Below the pieces are notes generated by a model that saw only the letters and a program-made list of their open reading frames with translations, searched no databases and was not told the origin of the DNA. Made by a program: the position numbers and the translations under genes. A stretch of 63,970 bases of DNA, the filler included, from Choristocarpus tenellus KU-1152 (taxonomy: Eukaryota > Protista > Phaeophyceae), in the NCBI GenBank assembly GCA_964200185.2. It is 11 parts of 11 records of this genome, joined end to end, with 100 filler letters (N's around TTAATTAATTAA, not from the genome) between each part and the next. Parts side by side here need not be neighbours in the genome. Positions count along the whole stretch, not along the records: positions 23,977 to 30,914 come from CAXNAD020007010.1; positions 31,015 to 39,064 come from CAXNAD020005224.1; positions 39,165 to 42,111 come from CAXNAD020023451.1; 8 more parts are not named here. One strand, 5' to 3'. Below, in pieces: positions 25,400 to 39,279 of this stretch; within the stretch, counting starts at the first letter, position 1; every line of letters starts with the position of its first letter.

Positions 25400-26301
25400 G
25401 AGGGGCAGTCTAAGAGGCACCTGAAGATGTGGGGACGAGTTTAAACAAAAACGATGCCAAGGAAAGAGCAGGTAGGAGTCTGTACGATTGCAGCGAGGAA
25501 GAATCATTGGTTGGAGGATGCTCCCAGACATAGCTTTCAAGAGGTTAGGGAAGCTGATGTCAAAGAGAAAATGGAAAGAAACTCAAGTTTGCCCATGGAG
25601 AGGTGCTTTCCGAGGGGCAGGCACGTGTACTACTGATCTTGTTTCACCAGTTTCTTATCTACAACCATATCGGCAAAATGAGCTGGTGGAGGCTGTGTGC
25701 ATAACAATGGACGTGGGATACGACAAAATTTCGGCATCGTGAAAACTTGGAAGGACAAGGGGGAGATTTTTTACACCTCTGGAGTAGAATCCAATAAGAC
25801 CTGCAAGCTCCTTCAACATCAGCCTGAGGAGATAGAGCTCTTCATCCTTAAGCAGTACTTACCAGGGATTGTAGTATTCCATCGGGATATGGTGACTTGA
25901 GTAAAACAAAGTTTGGGCTGGAACTCTTACTGAAGGGTCTGGGTATCATCCTGAAGCGATTGGATATGATTTGGACTCCGCTTTACCTGCCCAAGTTTCA
26001 GTCGATAGAGTTGTTTTGGCAGTATAATAGGAAGCAGTACGTCAACTTTCGGTATGCGAAGGCAAGAATGATTGCCCAAGTGAGAGATCAGATAAGGTTG
26101 GGGTGGTACGGTGACTCTACCTGGGATCGGATTGAGGGTGGATGGAAACCAGCACAATGTGGCAAGGTGGAGATGAAAAAATGCATCAAGACAGAGGACA
26201 AGACACTGGGGGGAGAAATATTCAACCTGAAGAGTGTTCCCCACGAAGTGAAAGATACCGAAGAGTTAATGGACCCAATCGATCTGTACCGAGGGGAGTA
26301 G
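25400..26301 (+). pseudogene. IS630/Tc1-like (DDE_3) transposase remnant
   Basis: IWTPLYLPKFQSIELFWQY..KQYV resembles the PxYxPxLNPIExxW catalytic-Glu motif; upstream frames are broken. Confidence 0.7.
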
Positions 26302-26797
26302 ATGAGGAGATTTTACACTTTCTATTATGGCAACAATGACAACGTCGAAGCTGATGAATCTCAGTTTGACATTTATCAATAAATATCAAAGGACAACCCA
26401 ACAACAATTACTTGGAGTACCTACCCCAACGGTTTTATTTCTCTGAATATTCTGCACTACTGGTAACCAAAACGATTTGAGTCACCAAAAGCATATCCTA
26501 TGACTCCTGTGCATATCAACAGTCCAATCACATAGGTTTCACATGATGAACAGGAAAAACAATTGTGTAATGACATAATATGTATAGTTGTGTAAATATG
26601 AAAGTTAAAAAAAACAAAAAGAAAAACTCTCCTCATAGAGATAATGTACCCTAATGCACGCTGTACCGTGAGTTGAAGTCGCTACTATAATAGCTTGATC
26701 GATACGTGTTAGGACGTCCGATTTTGTTCTATATATATATACACACACACACACTTTATGGTTTGAATGCCCCCTGTTTACCTTCAGGGACTGAAGT

Positions 26798-26944
26798 GAC
26801 TCGAAGTATCATAGTGTCCATTCGGGCCCTGACCAGGAGAAGTGCACTTACATTATCCATCTGACGCATGCAACCAAATCACCCAGAAATTGCGACATTG
26901 AAAAATGGGCCCTGAATGGTCACCCTCCCCAGAAACTTTGAGCC
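26798..26944 (+). mobile_element. MITE family A, internally deleted
   Basis: GACTCGAAGTATC...AAGTGCACTTACATTATCCAT...AGAAACTTTGAGCC. Confidence 0.8.
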
Positions 26945-29900
26945 AATGTTTTCTTCACATTGGGCCTAAAACGGCGCGTTTCTTGTTTTCCATGTGGATT
27001 TGGAACTCAAACCAACTTCATGAGACCGGGCTTGCCCTCGCATGTCCGACCGTATGTTCTTTGTCATCTCGCTCGAAAAGTTCCAGAAGATATTGTACAA
27101 ATTTTGATTATTACCTCTCTCCGTAAAATATATACTTCGAAGTAATTACTAAATCTATTATTTGAAAACAAGAAACAAAAGGGAAGAGTCCCACGACTCT
27201 GTCAAACCCTGCCTTCTCCACCAGTCCAGCGTTTCTACCTTGGAGAGCATGACACGCCATGAGGTCGCTGCTACTTGTGCTGTGACAAACACAATTTGTC
27301 GGTGGCGTTCCTCTACCACTCCCTCTTCCTGTGAAACGCTTCGGAGCCCCAATTATGATACCCCTGTTGTGCAAGATCACTTGTGTTTAGTCAACGGTTT
27401 TGAGTAGTCGCAACCCCCTTCTTAGTAGGCTGGAGAGGAAGATTTTTAGGCACCTGATGAAATAGTCCGTTCCTTTTCCTCATTATGTCGTGTGGTCAAG
27501 ATCATGCCATGGCTGCTTAGATGATCCCAAAACAGACAACTCAACTCCAACCTGGTACTCTGCAACCACTAGGACTTCCCTGCAGGCGAAAGTTATACCT
27601 ACCTGTGGAATGAGAAGGTCCTAACATTTGTAATGCACCGCAAAGTGTCAATAGATTGCAAGGGCTTTGCTAGTGATGCAGTTAATAGTGCCATACAACG
27701 TCAGGTTTTATCTGTCAATAAAATGAAAAAGAAGCAGCCTGATAACCAATTCTTGAGGCCTGCCTTAAGTTCCATAATAATATTAACATTTTTTCGGGTT
27801 TTGCTTCTTCTTGAGTTTATCCAGAGTTGGGATCGTAAACTTTTATTTGTTTTGTTTTTATTTATAATCACATCAGCCTGAGGGGTCCCAGCAAACCTGC
27901 GTGGTCCAAAGTGTAGACTTGTGAGTTGGAAATATTAGCATGTTCTCCAAAGGTATGATTTTAATCCCTAGGTGGGAGTCCTAGTAGTTCTGCACTGGCC
28001 GCCTAGAAATTGAGATGTCAGTTTGGGGATTGACCAATCGGGTTGGGAATAATCTCAACCCGAATACACCCATTAAGCAACAGATTCCTCATGCGGTATG
28101 ATAGCTGGGAACTGTGCATGGCACCTCAATATATAGGACTCACAAAGTTCAAATCTGTTCACGAGATTGAAGTGATCTCACACAGTTAGGTGTGTCACAA
28201 TTGGGGTTATTAAGGACTTTGCAACAGGGTAGACCATGCGAAAGTAAAAGTTGAAAAGCACGTGGCCAAGGAGCCAAAAACAAGGAGGAAGAAGACCAAG
28301 GCGAAGTTCTTTAGCCTTGAGCAAAGCTACAAAAAGGTGCCTGGATGAAGAAGTTGAAACTGAATACAAATTGGGAGGATAGAAAGAGCGAGCTGAGGGA
28401 GGAGACCCTCATTGCTCCCCCTCGGACTGAGGATGGCGTCCCTTAAGTGTTAGGGATCGAGGAAGATGTGAACATGGCAGCAAGTGTGGAGATTAAAAGA
28501 AAAAATGAGCCAGCATGAGCACAATAGACTTCAGTGCTTCAATTCTTCAGTGACCCAAACATCAATGGACAAGTCCTGAAAGGCCAGTCCCACAGTAATA
28601 TGCAGCAAAACATACAATAAAGTTTCTGCTATGAGCAGAATTGCACCAAACTATATATGCTCTTTGCTTTTCATTGTACATCAGATACTTCGAACTACTT
28701 CACAGCTATCCCAACAGAAAATAATTCTGTTTTTCTTGAGTCCTGCTTCACTCCGAGAAGACCATCTCCACCCACACAAACACCTCAAGATGCACTCTCT
28801 GCCAGTATGCTCCCTCACATAAAACCTTGAAATATCACTTCTTCCAGCGACATGTACTTTCCATCCCACTCCAACCAATCTGTAATAGGTTTGTTCCATG
28901 TGCTTGTTACCTATCGAAATCCGATTTGCTGCTAATACCACCAGAAGCACCTTGCTCGTAGGTTTCATCTCATACGTGTAGTTTTAATATGATATGAGCA
29001 AGAAATACAAGAGTTACGACCATACGCCTACTATTCAAAATTTCAGGAACTTTTCAAGAAAATGTAGGGATCTCGTAAGGATCCCAACTGCTTGAGTGAA
29101 CCACAATATGCTTATAATTTTGAGGTCCAAAGAAGATAACTAAATATACTAAAAAATGAGTTTTGGTTAAAACCACCACCCCCACATACATCACAAGAAC
29201 AATGGAGATGAGATTACTACTAGGACCACAACTATTATCATGAGATGCACAGGGACGGATCTCAAATAACACTGGGGCAAAATACACCTAACAATTCGTC
29301 AACACCTTCAAAGGTGAGACACACGCATTTGATGAAGTGATACACTTTGAAGCTTTTGTCTTTGTAGTGAGCTTAGCTGCAACTTTCCTGCCTATATCAC
29401 TGTTACACTGCTCTCTTATATTATCGTTGATCCAGACAGTCCCCAGGAATGCCTCTGATGGAAGCATTATTGTCATGTAGTGGAACTACTTCCACTGCAG
29501 CTCTTTGAAGACCAATCTAGCATCCTTCCTCAAGAAGTAAGAGTATATTAGGTGTTACAGGGAAACCTCATACCCATGTAGGCACACTTGATGCTAATCT
29601 ACTGCAACACCCAACACTGCAAGGTACTGCCCATGCCCATGCCCATGCAACCATCATTGCATATATACAAATCTAACAGGGGGCACAGCACAGGGGGTGG
29701 CTCCCCCCCAAGGAACTTTAAAAGAGTAGTCTTAAAAATAGAATAAGGCATACTGTAGACCCAACAAACTAAAACCAACCTACACGTCACCCCAAGTCTC
29801 ACCAAAGAGATAGCCATCATCTCGTACTTCCAAAAGAGAGTTGCAAACCAAGCAACTCCAACCCTAACCCTAACAAACAAAGCGAACCACAGACACGAAT

Positions 29901-30069
29901 GACATTAACAGGTACTATACACTCTACCTCTCGAACAAAAATCCCTCCATTTCCCCTCATCTGACAAGACTCACTGATCACTGACACTCAATGTAACGTA
30001 TTTCAGTTCCCCCCTCCCCTCCCCCTCCCCGATTCTCCTTCTGCTTCAAGCAAGACCATATTCATCGCT

Positions 30070-30914
30070 TCATTGCCCACCAAGCATCACTGCATCCGTT
30101 GGATGGCTCCCCCGTGCTCCTGTTGACATCAAAGGGGGCCCCACCTGCCCTGAGGCTGGGCCAGAGGGGGCATTGGTGCTCACCACAGCAGGCACTACCC
30201 CTGTAACAACTCCTCCAGCACTCTCTGGACGACCTGCCCAATATTGTGCAGCTCCCTGCCAGGATCCAGTTCCCTGCTCTGACTGCTGCTGCTGTGGATG
30301 GGCTGATCCGAAAGTTGGGCTAACCTGTACTGTGCGAGGGAGATGGTACATATCCCTACCCAACTCAATCACTGGAGCAGGGCTTCCACACCCAAGTGTC
30401 CCATGCAACATCAACTGTTGTGACTGTGGCGTGGGCGACTGTCCCCCACCACTGCTGGAACCACCAATACCACTGTGCCTAAGCAGAGGCGCTTGATTCG
30501 TACCAGTCCCACCAGGGTACGATGACTGGGTAGAATGGTACAAATCCTGCGCAGGAACATGCTGGTGCAGAGTTCTATCAGGAGTGGGATGACCACTCCC
30601 AAGCCCAAGGTGCACCGCCCCACCTGAAATAGAAACTGTGGGTGGAAGCGTCAAGAGATTGAGCTGGTGCTGCTGTGGATGTTGTTGCAGTGGCAGTGTA
30701 GGACCTGGGAGCATGGTTCCTGACACATTGGGAGGACCTGCTGACAATGACGTCGAGAATCCCAATCCCACCCCTGAGCCTCGTGATTGCAACCTTGCAG
30801 ACGGGAGTACCCCTTGAGGTCTCATCCCAACTGCAGGTGTAGCCCCAGCAACAGCCCCCACAGCTGCCCTTTCTCCTGCCCCTGTCTCTGCATTCACATG
30901 GGACCCCAAACCCC
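30070..30914 (-). CDS. Terminal exon of a low-complexity G/P/Q/S-rich protein (5' lost at the contig break)
   Basis: ~280 open codons, the longest ORF in the window, with QQHPQQHQ and HPQQQQ tracts; open up to the linker. Confidence 0.6.
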
Positions 30915-31014
30915 NNNNNNNNNNNNNNNNNNNNNNNNNNNNNNNNNNNNNNNNNNNNTTAATTAATTAANNNNNNNNNNNNNNNNNNNNNNNNNNNNNN
31001 NNNNNNNNNNNNNN
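30915..31014. other. Artificial contig linker
   Basis: Same 100-bp spacer. Confidence 0.98.
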
Positions 31015-32064
31015 ATACCCCCCCCCCCCTCCCCCTGTCCCACTAACCAAAGATGAGGAGGGGGGGCCCCCCCCCCCCCCCCCCCCTCCATTTTTTCTTA
31101 CATCCTACACGTTGTCCTTCATGCCACATATGCATACATTAAATATGACGCAGCTGTATCATAGCACAATCTGCCTCTGAACAAGATACGGCAGTCACAA
31201 TAAAAGTGTAACAACCTACACAGCATGCGCACTAGACCCCAACGCTCTGCCATTCATGTCAGGCTCTTGAGGGGATGCCAAGATTGATGAAGATAACGGG
31301 GAAAGGGCACTCTACTGCCTGCAATGTGACATAGAAGCTGTTCTGCTGGTGCAAATGTTGCTCTTCACACAATAATGCGTCCCTTTCTTCCCTTGTCCCT
31401 GACAACACTGACTCTATTTCCTCCTTCACCTTCTCGAGGGTTATACACACACACACACACACACACACACATATCATGGACTCCCTTCCACAGTATTGAA
31501 CTAAAGACAGGGTTAGCATGCATTAAAAAACTCGCTACAACAGTGCTGATCGTTTTATGAATGGAAGACACAGGTTGGGGGGGGGGGGTGTTTCACCACA
31601 ATTCCTGCAACGAAGTAAAATCTGTGCAATTATATATACTTTTTGTATCAACTTTAGTGTTGTCAATTGAGGATACCCAGGGATTTCCATCGTGATTTCT
31701 GTTCGGCGCTTATGGAGCAGGGAGGGGTTGGGGGGGGGTGGGGGGTGTTGAAGAAGCTGATGTTCCCAAGACTTGCGCATGTCAATTGACTTGATTAATT
31801 CCTGAATGAGTTAACAAGTTGTAGATGAAGTAAGAAGGACAAAAAAGGAGTGAGCCTTCAAGTCTTAGAGGGGGGTTCTATTTCACCAAGCCTATCCTAT
31901 TATGTGGATCACTGATCACTAATGACAGATTACTTGCTACAGTGTTCCCTGTTCCTGAACTCTTCCGTGTTTTAGTTTATCAACCCATACTTAAGTATTT
32001 CTTACATAATTTTTTTTACACACAGATAAAAGCAATATTCTTGACAGGGGGTCTCTTTCCTCAC

Positions 32065-34474
32065 CCTCTGAGAGCAGAAGGACAGTGCTTGAGAGAAATC
32101 TTGTAGCTTCCAAGAGTGGCATGACAGCACTGAGCTGCTACCTGTATCAATCAGTTGGATATAGACACGCTCTCATTTTAGTGTGTGTGGGGTCAATTGA
32201 CTCCAAGATCATAATGGATATAGATGGATTGAGGGTGCACGAGAAAATGGATCCGTCCTATTGGTCAGTATTTAAGCATGTAGGCCATTCCATTGGACGA
32301 CTGCATACTGCTCGAAAATACACATGTCCTTTACCCCTTCCTACAAAGAAACTAATATCAATGGAAATAGAAATCTCAACGGAAGGCGTATTCACTTCGA
32401 CGTTTTTCAAGTCCGAGGAGGCGTATTCACTTCAACTGTACCCATCACTGTGTATAAACATGAGTTGCATGTTTTATTTTGTAGAAAAGAGGTGCCTACC
32501 ACAGCTGAAAAAAAAAGGAGGCCAATGCGTACGCATAAATAATCATGTAGCATGCATTTGTGCGGTACAAGCACTTTGTTGTAGTGTGATGTGCGCGTGA
32601 TGCTCATGTGACATTTGCCCATAGCCAATACAATGGATTTAATGCGCATGCTATGTCGCATTTCATCTGCTGCCCTGTTTGAGTGCGGCTAGGAACACGA
32701 TACAGGACAGTGCTAACAAAGTTGTAACTGTTGGTTTGTCTTCGAAAAAACGGGGTCTTTCATGCAATGCTATCAACAAAATGGTGTCCGCTGTAGTCAC
32801 AATAGTCTATGATAGATGTGTTAAGGACCATGTGCATCAATTCCCTTCCTAAATCCGTCGCCAACAAGTGCACAGAGGAGGGCAAAACAATCCAGAGGTC
32901 TACAGCCAACCGACATTATACTTCAAAGAGCACAAAACAATCAACAAGTACAGTAGCAAGATAGAAATGCTGTAAGGTTTTCCACTAAAAAAACTTACCA
33001 AGTGGAACCAAACACAGCCTTGATGTCGTATTTGTAAGGAGAAAAAAGGGTGGAACTTTAGGGAAGAGAGGGGGGGACAAATATTGATGGTCCATGAGAG
33101 GGTCGTGTTGAATCCACATACACCCCAAAAAAAATCCATCGGAAAGGGTATGAGAAACCTTTTTACTAGTCAGACAGCAGTTGAGAAAGAACTACCAAGT
33201 CATTCTTCCTCTCCATGCAATAAAATATCAATTTCCCTCGCTCAAGGTATGTCCCTCTCTTGTTTCACACCAAGGAAGCACAGTCTTCTCAGCCTTCACT
33301 TTGAATCAACCAAGGCATCATTGTGGTCAATAGCATATAATTTACAATCCCCTAATCCCAAGCCTCAGAGGAAGATCAAGGTCTCTATGAAGGCAAAAGG
33401 GTCGGAGACAGGCTACTTTATTCCAACACAGCAACGGGACTACTAATTGGACAGGCAAAGTTACACGAGACCAGTGTGCGATGTGTTGCAGGACAACGAG
33501 AACCGAACCGCTAATGACCTGCCATGGTGTGTTCTACTCGGTGAAGGTTTAAGGGATGAGAAAGAAGGACTAACAAAATGCCTCCATCGATCATCACGGA
33601 AATCATGGGGCCATGAGGTGGTCAGGAGCTGTTTTGGGAGCAGGTCACACAGTACACATCCGAGGAATGATAACTCCCAACTCCTACAACAGTCGAGCTG
33701 GGCAAAGAGGAAACATTCAATAAATCGGCCCAATGACACCTTTAACTTGGCACCTATCCCCTCGAACCCCGCACAAGGTTTGTGTTCAACAAATAAAATT
33801 GCCTGGAGTGCAACTGGGTTATATGACCGAAGAAGCTCGACACAGAACCGAAACGAAGTGAGTGCAGATCATGCAAGTGTCAGGAATCTGACGAACGAGA
33901 GGGACGTACTGTACTTAAACAGCACCGTTCACCAAACACATGCTACCATTCGGCTCTGTTCACACAAGACAACTTCGACACCAGTACTCACCTTTCCCTT
34001 CCCCATCTTCAATGCCATATTCACCACCAGAACAAGTTTGAAGGGTCCATCTTCCAGAGACCACTCGCGAGCACCACCAGCAGAGATAAGGGCACGTTCT
34101 TCTTCTTCAAACTCAGAGTCCAATTCCTCGACACAACCTGGAGACTCCCGTTTTGTATTGCGTCTGATTGGTACAACGCAGAAGGGGTCATTGGGTCCTC
34201 TTAGTAGATCATTGAAACACTTGGTGAGGGAATACGGATTTTTAGAGTAATAGGGGGGAGAACGCGAAAATCTAGAGATAAGGGGAATGACTTGCCGAAC
34301 CTTCTCCTTGGAGGTCAAGACAGGAGGCCTTCATGTCCATCAAGACGACCACGGCATGGTCCAAGCTCACCCGCGTCGCCAAGCCGCCACCGAGGTAGCC
34401 AATATGACACCAGAAACAAAGCTGGCTAGGGAGGTGCCTAAAAGAGTTGAAGTAAGGTCCTTCCCATTCTCCAT
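32065..34474 (-). CDS. PTH2: Peptidyl-tRNA hydrolase 2 (PTH2/Bit1-like), exons 1-3: 34474-34371, 34163-33992, 32141-32065; C-terminal exons not found
   Basis: Phase-consistent GT-AG splicing gives an N-terminal hydrophobic anchor, an acidic linker and FKLVLVVNMALKMGKGK|VAAQCCHATLGSYK, the PTH2 signature. Confidence 0.9.
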
Positions 34475-35079
34475 GATACACAAGGACACAATGAGTAGCA
34501 CCAATTCCTGGAACAGAGTTGATTTCTTGTTTGTTTGAATGAGGATTTGATGATACAAGCTTCCCTCTGCAAGGTATACCTCAGATCTGTTTGTTGTGAA
34601 AGAAAGATGGACCAAACAACACATTTGTGTACCTTTTCTGGTCAATAATAGGCACACAAAAAAATAAAATAGATGATGGGACGTTCTATCTCCCACTTCC
34701 CTATACCATCCTGTTCTTGTCTCCTTATTGTTAGGTACAACATCTGCTTTTGCCCATCACCAAGTATTCTGATTGGATGAACAATTGAATTCTTTCATCT
34801 CTCCTTTGAACTACATGCCAAACAAACTTGTTGCTTTTTAGAAGGTGTTGGATTGCACGACGGGTCCAGTGTCCTCCTACAACGCCCTGCCAGGTCCACC
34901 ACAACAGTAATACGAATTCTGTCGTCGTTCCATCCATAATATTGGTCAACATCCTACACCTTCCTACCAACAGTGCCTCGATTGACTTTGCCATTGCTTT
35001 TCCTACTCCTATTTACAGCATGAAACAGGAGGTAGAAGTGGAGCAGTAGTAGTCTGACGAATCCCACACTAGTGGTGGG

Positions 35080-36465
35080 AAAAACAATTAAAATAAGGGA
35101 ACAAATACTGGTTGAGAAAAGGTAACAAGGACAAAAAAAGATAAACAAGACGGAGGAAGAAAAAAAAAGGAAAGGAAAGTTTGGAAAGGAAGAATAGAAT
35201 CTCCAAAAGAGAAAAACAAAAGCACTCACTAAACGTAAGGGGAAGAGAAGAAAGAAAATAAACAAAGGAAGAGATCAAGTTCACAAAGAAAACGGGATCC
35301 AGTAGACAGTCATGGTGGTGATGTTGGTGGCTTGGGTGACCTTAGTTGCTGCTTTGGTGTGACATAATTTGGTATGACGGCTTCCTTGGAATGTCATGAA
35401 CCTCGTTGTGCCGTTAGCCACAAAAATATTCCACAATTCCTGTTGGAAAATGGGCCTGGTACTCCAACACTCGCCTTAATCCCAAAAATGTTTAGGTTGT
35501 CTTGGAGACATGTCTGCCAGTTCTTGTCTTGTCTACCCTTGTTCTTCCCGTTTTCCATTTGCGAGCTCCCCAAACACCAATCAATATCTTGGGAAGTCGC
35601 TCATTCCCCATGCGAGCAATTGACCCTGCAAAAGGTAGACTCCACTTGTGCATCATTGCCTCAATACTCTCATGCCTACTCTTCATAAGAGAATCTTCGA
35701 AGGATACAATATGGTGTTCAGTGTGTTCCCGTCTACGGAATCCTATGCGGAGGAGGAGGAATTTGGGATGATGCGACTGGACTTCAGATAATGAGGGTGG
35801 TGGAGTGTCCACATCAGACAGGTAACAACTGTATAACAGAACCTCAAGCACTTCAGCTTTGAACATTCGAATCTTAAGCTCAAGCGAGAAGCTGAATCCC
35901 TGCCATAAACAACTTGGCTGCATTTGCGAAAATGACTCCAAACTTTCTAAATCCTCTAGCTTATCTCAGCAGTAATAGCGACTTTGTTGCTGTTGATGGT
36001 TACCCCAAGGTAAACAGACTAAGAATTCTGCTTATAGGTCTGGTTCAGAGCCTGAATCTGTATGGCTTCGACATCCTGATTAGGAGGGGAAAGACACATA
36101 GTCTCTGTTCTTAATGCTGATCATATAGCAAAATGAATCATATGACCACCTTTAGAAGCACTTTCATTATCCTGGTCAGGCCTAGGCTTCCTTGCACCTT
36201 GGAGACAATATGCCCGCATCATCAGCATAAAGGATACTCTACAAAAGCTTTTCAAGTGTTGCCCCACTCCCTGGTGCTCCTTCACTTCTGATCGGGTTAT
36301 TTGTGGCTGCTCTCTTGATGACAGCAAGGTGCTTGGAGATGCCCGAAGCAGAGGTGAACTCCTTATCTGCCACAATTAGCGAATCTTATCGTAGTGACGA
36401 TGATCAATAGGATTGGACCTGGAACATACCCCTGCCGAAGGCCCTGCCCAACCTAGATAAGCGGC
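35080..36465 (-). mobile_element. 5'-truncated RTE-type LINE (RT and C-terminus), degenerate
   Basis: VGQGLRQG (~36460), LYADDAGI (~36220), QTYKQ..VYLG, LKIRMFKAEVLEVLLYSC, ESIEAMMHKWSLPFAGSIARMGNERLPK; 3' end shared with the 10.9-kb copy. Confidence 0.88.
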
Positions 36466-39064
36466 GTTGTATCTGTTAACATGGTGTTGTGTTACCCTCT
36501 AACCTGAATTGTTGTCCACTCCCCTTTTTCCTGAGAATCGAATTTGAGGTATACCTTTTAGAGGTATATGTTGGAGTGAGTGTAATTAGTTATGATCTAT
36601 TCATGTAATGGAATTAGAACTTGAATGGGAGAGATGGAGACTAGTCTGACATGTGATGGGCCAATAGAGCTTCCTACAGATGCAATTCCATCAAGTGGAA
36701 GTAGTGGAAAATGTGGTCGGCGTAGCTCCTCTGCTGAGCGACGCTGTCGGGCAAACAGGAATCAGTCCCGACATGGGAAGCGAGCCGAGAAACGACCGTT
36801 GGGATGTTTGGACCCAACGCGAGAGAGTCAAGGCAGACATGGAAGGAGTGAAGAACAAGCGATTTGGTGGAAGATAGAGAAAGGTGAGCAGAGAAAGAGG
36901 GAACGCCCCGCATGTCGCGCACCGCAGAAGGCGAAGCTTGAGCCACACCACGGGGATAGTCGTCTTGGGTATTCACTTCACCCCAGCTTATTTGGTGGTA
37001 ATGAAGAGGATAAGGTGGGAGAGCAGGAAGGTCAAGGCGAGGAACGAATGGGGGGAAAGCGATCTAAATGTTCAGGGGGAATAGAGGAGCAGGGCAACAA
37101 TCTAGGGGCGGAGAGAAATGAGATCGACAACTCTGGAAGGCATTGTCGTCTCATGAAATATGATGAGTTTCAGGTGGGTAAGATGGCTTGCTTGTGGTGT
37201 TATTGCGATGTGTTTTTGATTGAATAGAGCAGACGATGGGGCTGATGATCAAAGTGCTCACTCGGTTTTCCCAGATATACTCAACAAGCTATTCCTGAGG
37301 TGACTCTCACAAACCTATTAGTCCCCTTGCATACCTTAGTTACCAGTTAGGATTAAAAAGACACAGGATGATCTTGATCCACCCAGGGGCACAATGTCTT
37401 GAATCCGAATGAAGACCGGGTTGAATTTTTAGTGGTAACCGCTGTATTATATGGTAAATTACTTCACATTGGGTCGGGTGAGTAGAAATAGCTGCCCAGA
37501 GGAGCTTGGACGGAGAGGTGGTGTCATTATGTTGGTGTATGTATACTAACTTGTGCATCGTCCTTCTTTCCAGGAGGAATGGGTAAATATGAGGAATGGG
37601 TGGGATAAGAAAAAAAATTACAATATTTCACAAGTTGAGCTCACCCACCGGCAAGCATAACATTTCGTTATGTTCGTGTGTATGTGTGTGTTTGTGCGTG
37701 TGTCAAATTTCGAATATTGTTTGTAACAGAGGAACTCTCTCCAGAAGTACTAGGCGTCTCACAAAATAGGTTTGGGGTGGAGTGAAGTGGTGGTGATGCA
37801 CTTCATTGGTCACTTTCACACAAATCGACTTGGTAGTTTTGTAGGAATACCAGAAGAAAATGAATGATATTTTCCTTTTTCTAATTTTTTGTGTGGAATA
37901 TTCAGCCCAGTTCCCGATGTTGTCTCTTATTTCCTTCTTAAATATCTGAAACTCGAACTCTGATGTGTCATAATGCGGTTTCACTGAAAGGGTGTTTGAT
38001 ATTTTTGCAGCGAAGGTAGTTTGAATTTGTGATAGTATTAGAGCCAGTGAAATAAGTACGCTTTGGAGTAGATGGAATTCAAAAGGATTTTGGCAAGTCA
38101 CGACCCTGGCAATTCCATCAATTCTTTTTTTTGAGGATATTTAGGCTTCAGAGTATTCAGAAAAGGTGATCATTGCAAGCTTCTGAGAATGTCATCTGAT
38201 AAAATATTAACTTTCTCGTTTTCAGAGACGCTTGTATCTGTCTGCCCAAGTAGGATCTCGTACTAATATAATAATTAAATAGAATTCTGTGGACGATCAA
38301 ATGCCCAAGAGGGTCATGCCGATTTGTTTGTATGTATTGCGCTTAACCCTCTCAATTCCCTCTCAAGAGCTTATCAGTGGCGTTTTTGGGGAGGTTGAAA
38401 GGGAAACCCAGTATTTTGTGTATATGAGATTATTGTGTTGAATTGTTTTTTTTTCAGAACACATAGTCCACACCTCTGGAGTGCATTCTAACTGCTTAGT
38501 TCAGAATTGTACCGAGTACGGAGTTTAGTAGAGCATACTGGGAGAATGCTCGGCGAGTCTTTGAAACGGCCTTTTGTTTGGGAAACCTTGTGAACTTGTG
38601 TGTATGTGTATTTTACGCCGAACTTGTGTTTTGTACCAAATAGGACCAGGAGAGCAGGTTGCATAGTGCGGAAATGGGAGGCAGCATCTGGGGGGGAAGG
38701 GACTATCCACAGGATGGGGAAGGTTGGAGCAGGGGCAGGGGGTGGTCAGAGGGACCCATGGTGGGATCAGGTGGAGGACACCTCCCATTGCGAGATGGAA
38801 CGACAAAAATTCAGGAAGGAGGGGGGGGGGGTGTTGGTGGCAATGCAGGACAAACCCGAGAACAAGGAGGAGTGTGCTATCCTGCTCACCTAGGTTTGGG
38901 TCAGTACTGTTCTCCCAATGGTGATGGTCCTAGATATTCTGTGACTCTTCCATGTGGCAGCGCGCTGGTGGGTGGTGAAGGTAAGGAGATGAAGGGGGGG
39001 GGGGGGGAGGGGGGGGGGGGGGGGGCCTCCCTTCAAGGTCGGTTGGGGGCCGAAACGGGGGAAA

Positions 39065-39164
39065 NNNNNNNNNNNNNNNNNNNNNNNNNNNNNNNNNNNN
39101 NNNNNNNNTTAATTAATTAANNNNNNNNNNNNNNNNNNNNNNNNNNNNNNNNNNNNNNNNNNNN
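39065..39164. other. Artificial contig linker
   Basis: Same 100-bp spacer. Confidence 0.98.
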
Positions 39165-39279
39165 TTGTTCACAGTATACAATTGTACAATTGCAATACTT
39201 TTGTAAGTGTAATTACAAAAGAAATTATTGTTCACAGTATACAATTGTACAATTGCAATACTTTTGTAAGTGTAATTAC
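39165..39279 (+). repeat. 63-bp tandem repeat (about 2 units) at the contig start
   Basis: TTGTTCACAGTATACAATTGTACAATTGCAATACTTTTGTAAGTGTAATTAC occurs twice, identical. Confidence 0.9.

Noticed and set aside
27100-28450. Possible Gypsy integrase traces (YTLDHAGLLG)
   Set aside because: A single weak motif with many stops; not supportable without an HMM search
33447-34250. 267-aa plus-strand ORF
   Set aside because: Antisense to PTH2 exon 2 and its introns, non-ATG start, no recognisable motif
36625-37227. 200-aa ORF upstream of the LINE
   Set aside because: Overlapping ORFs in several frames and no motif; cannot be supported as coding
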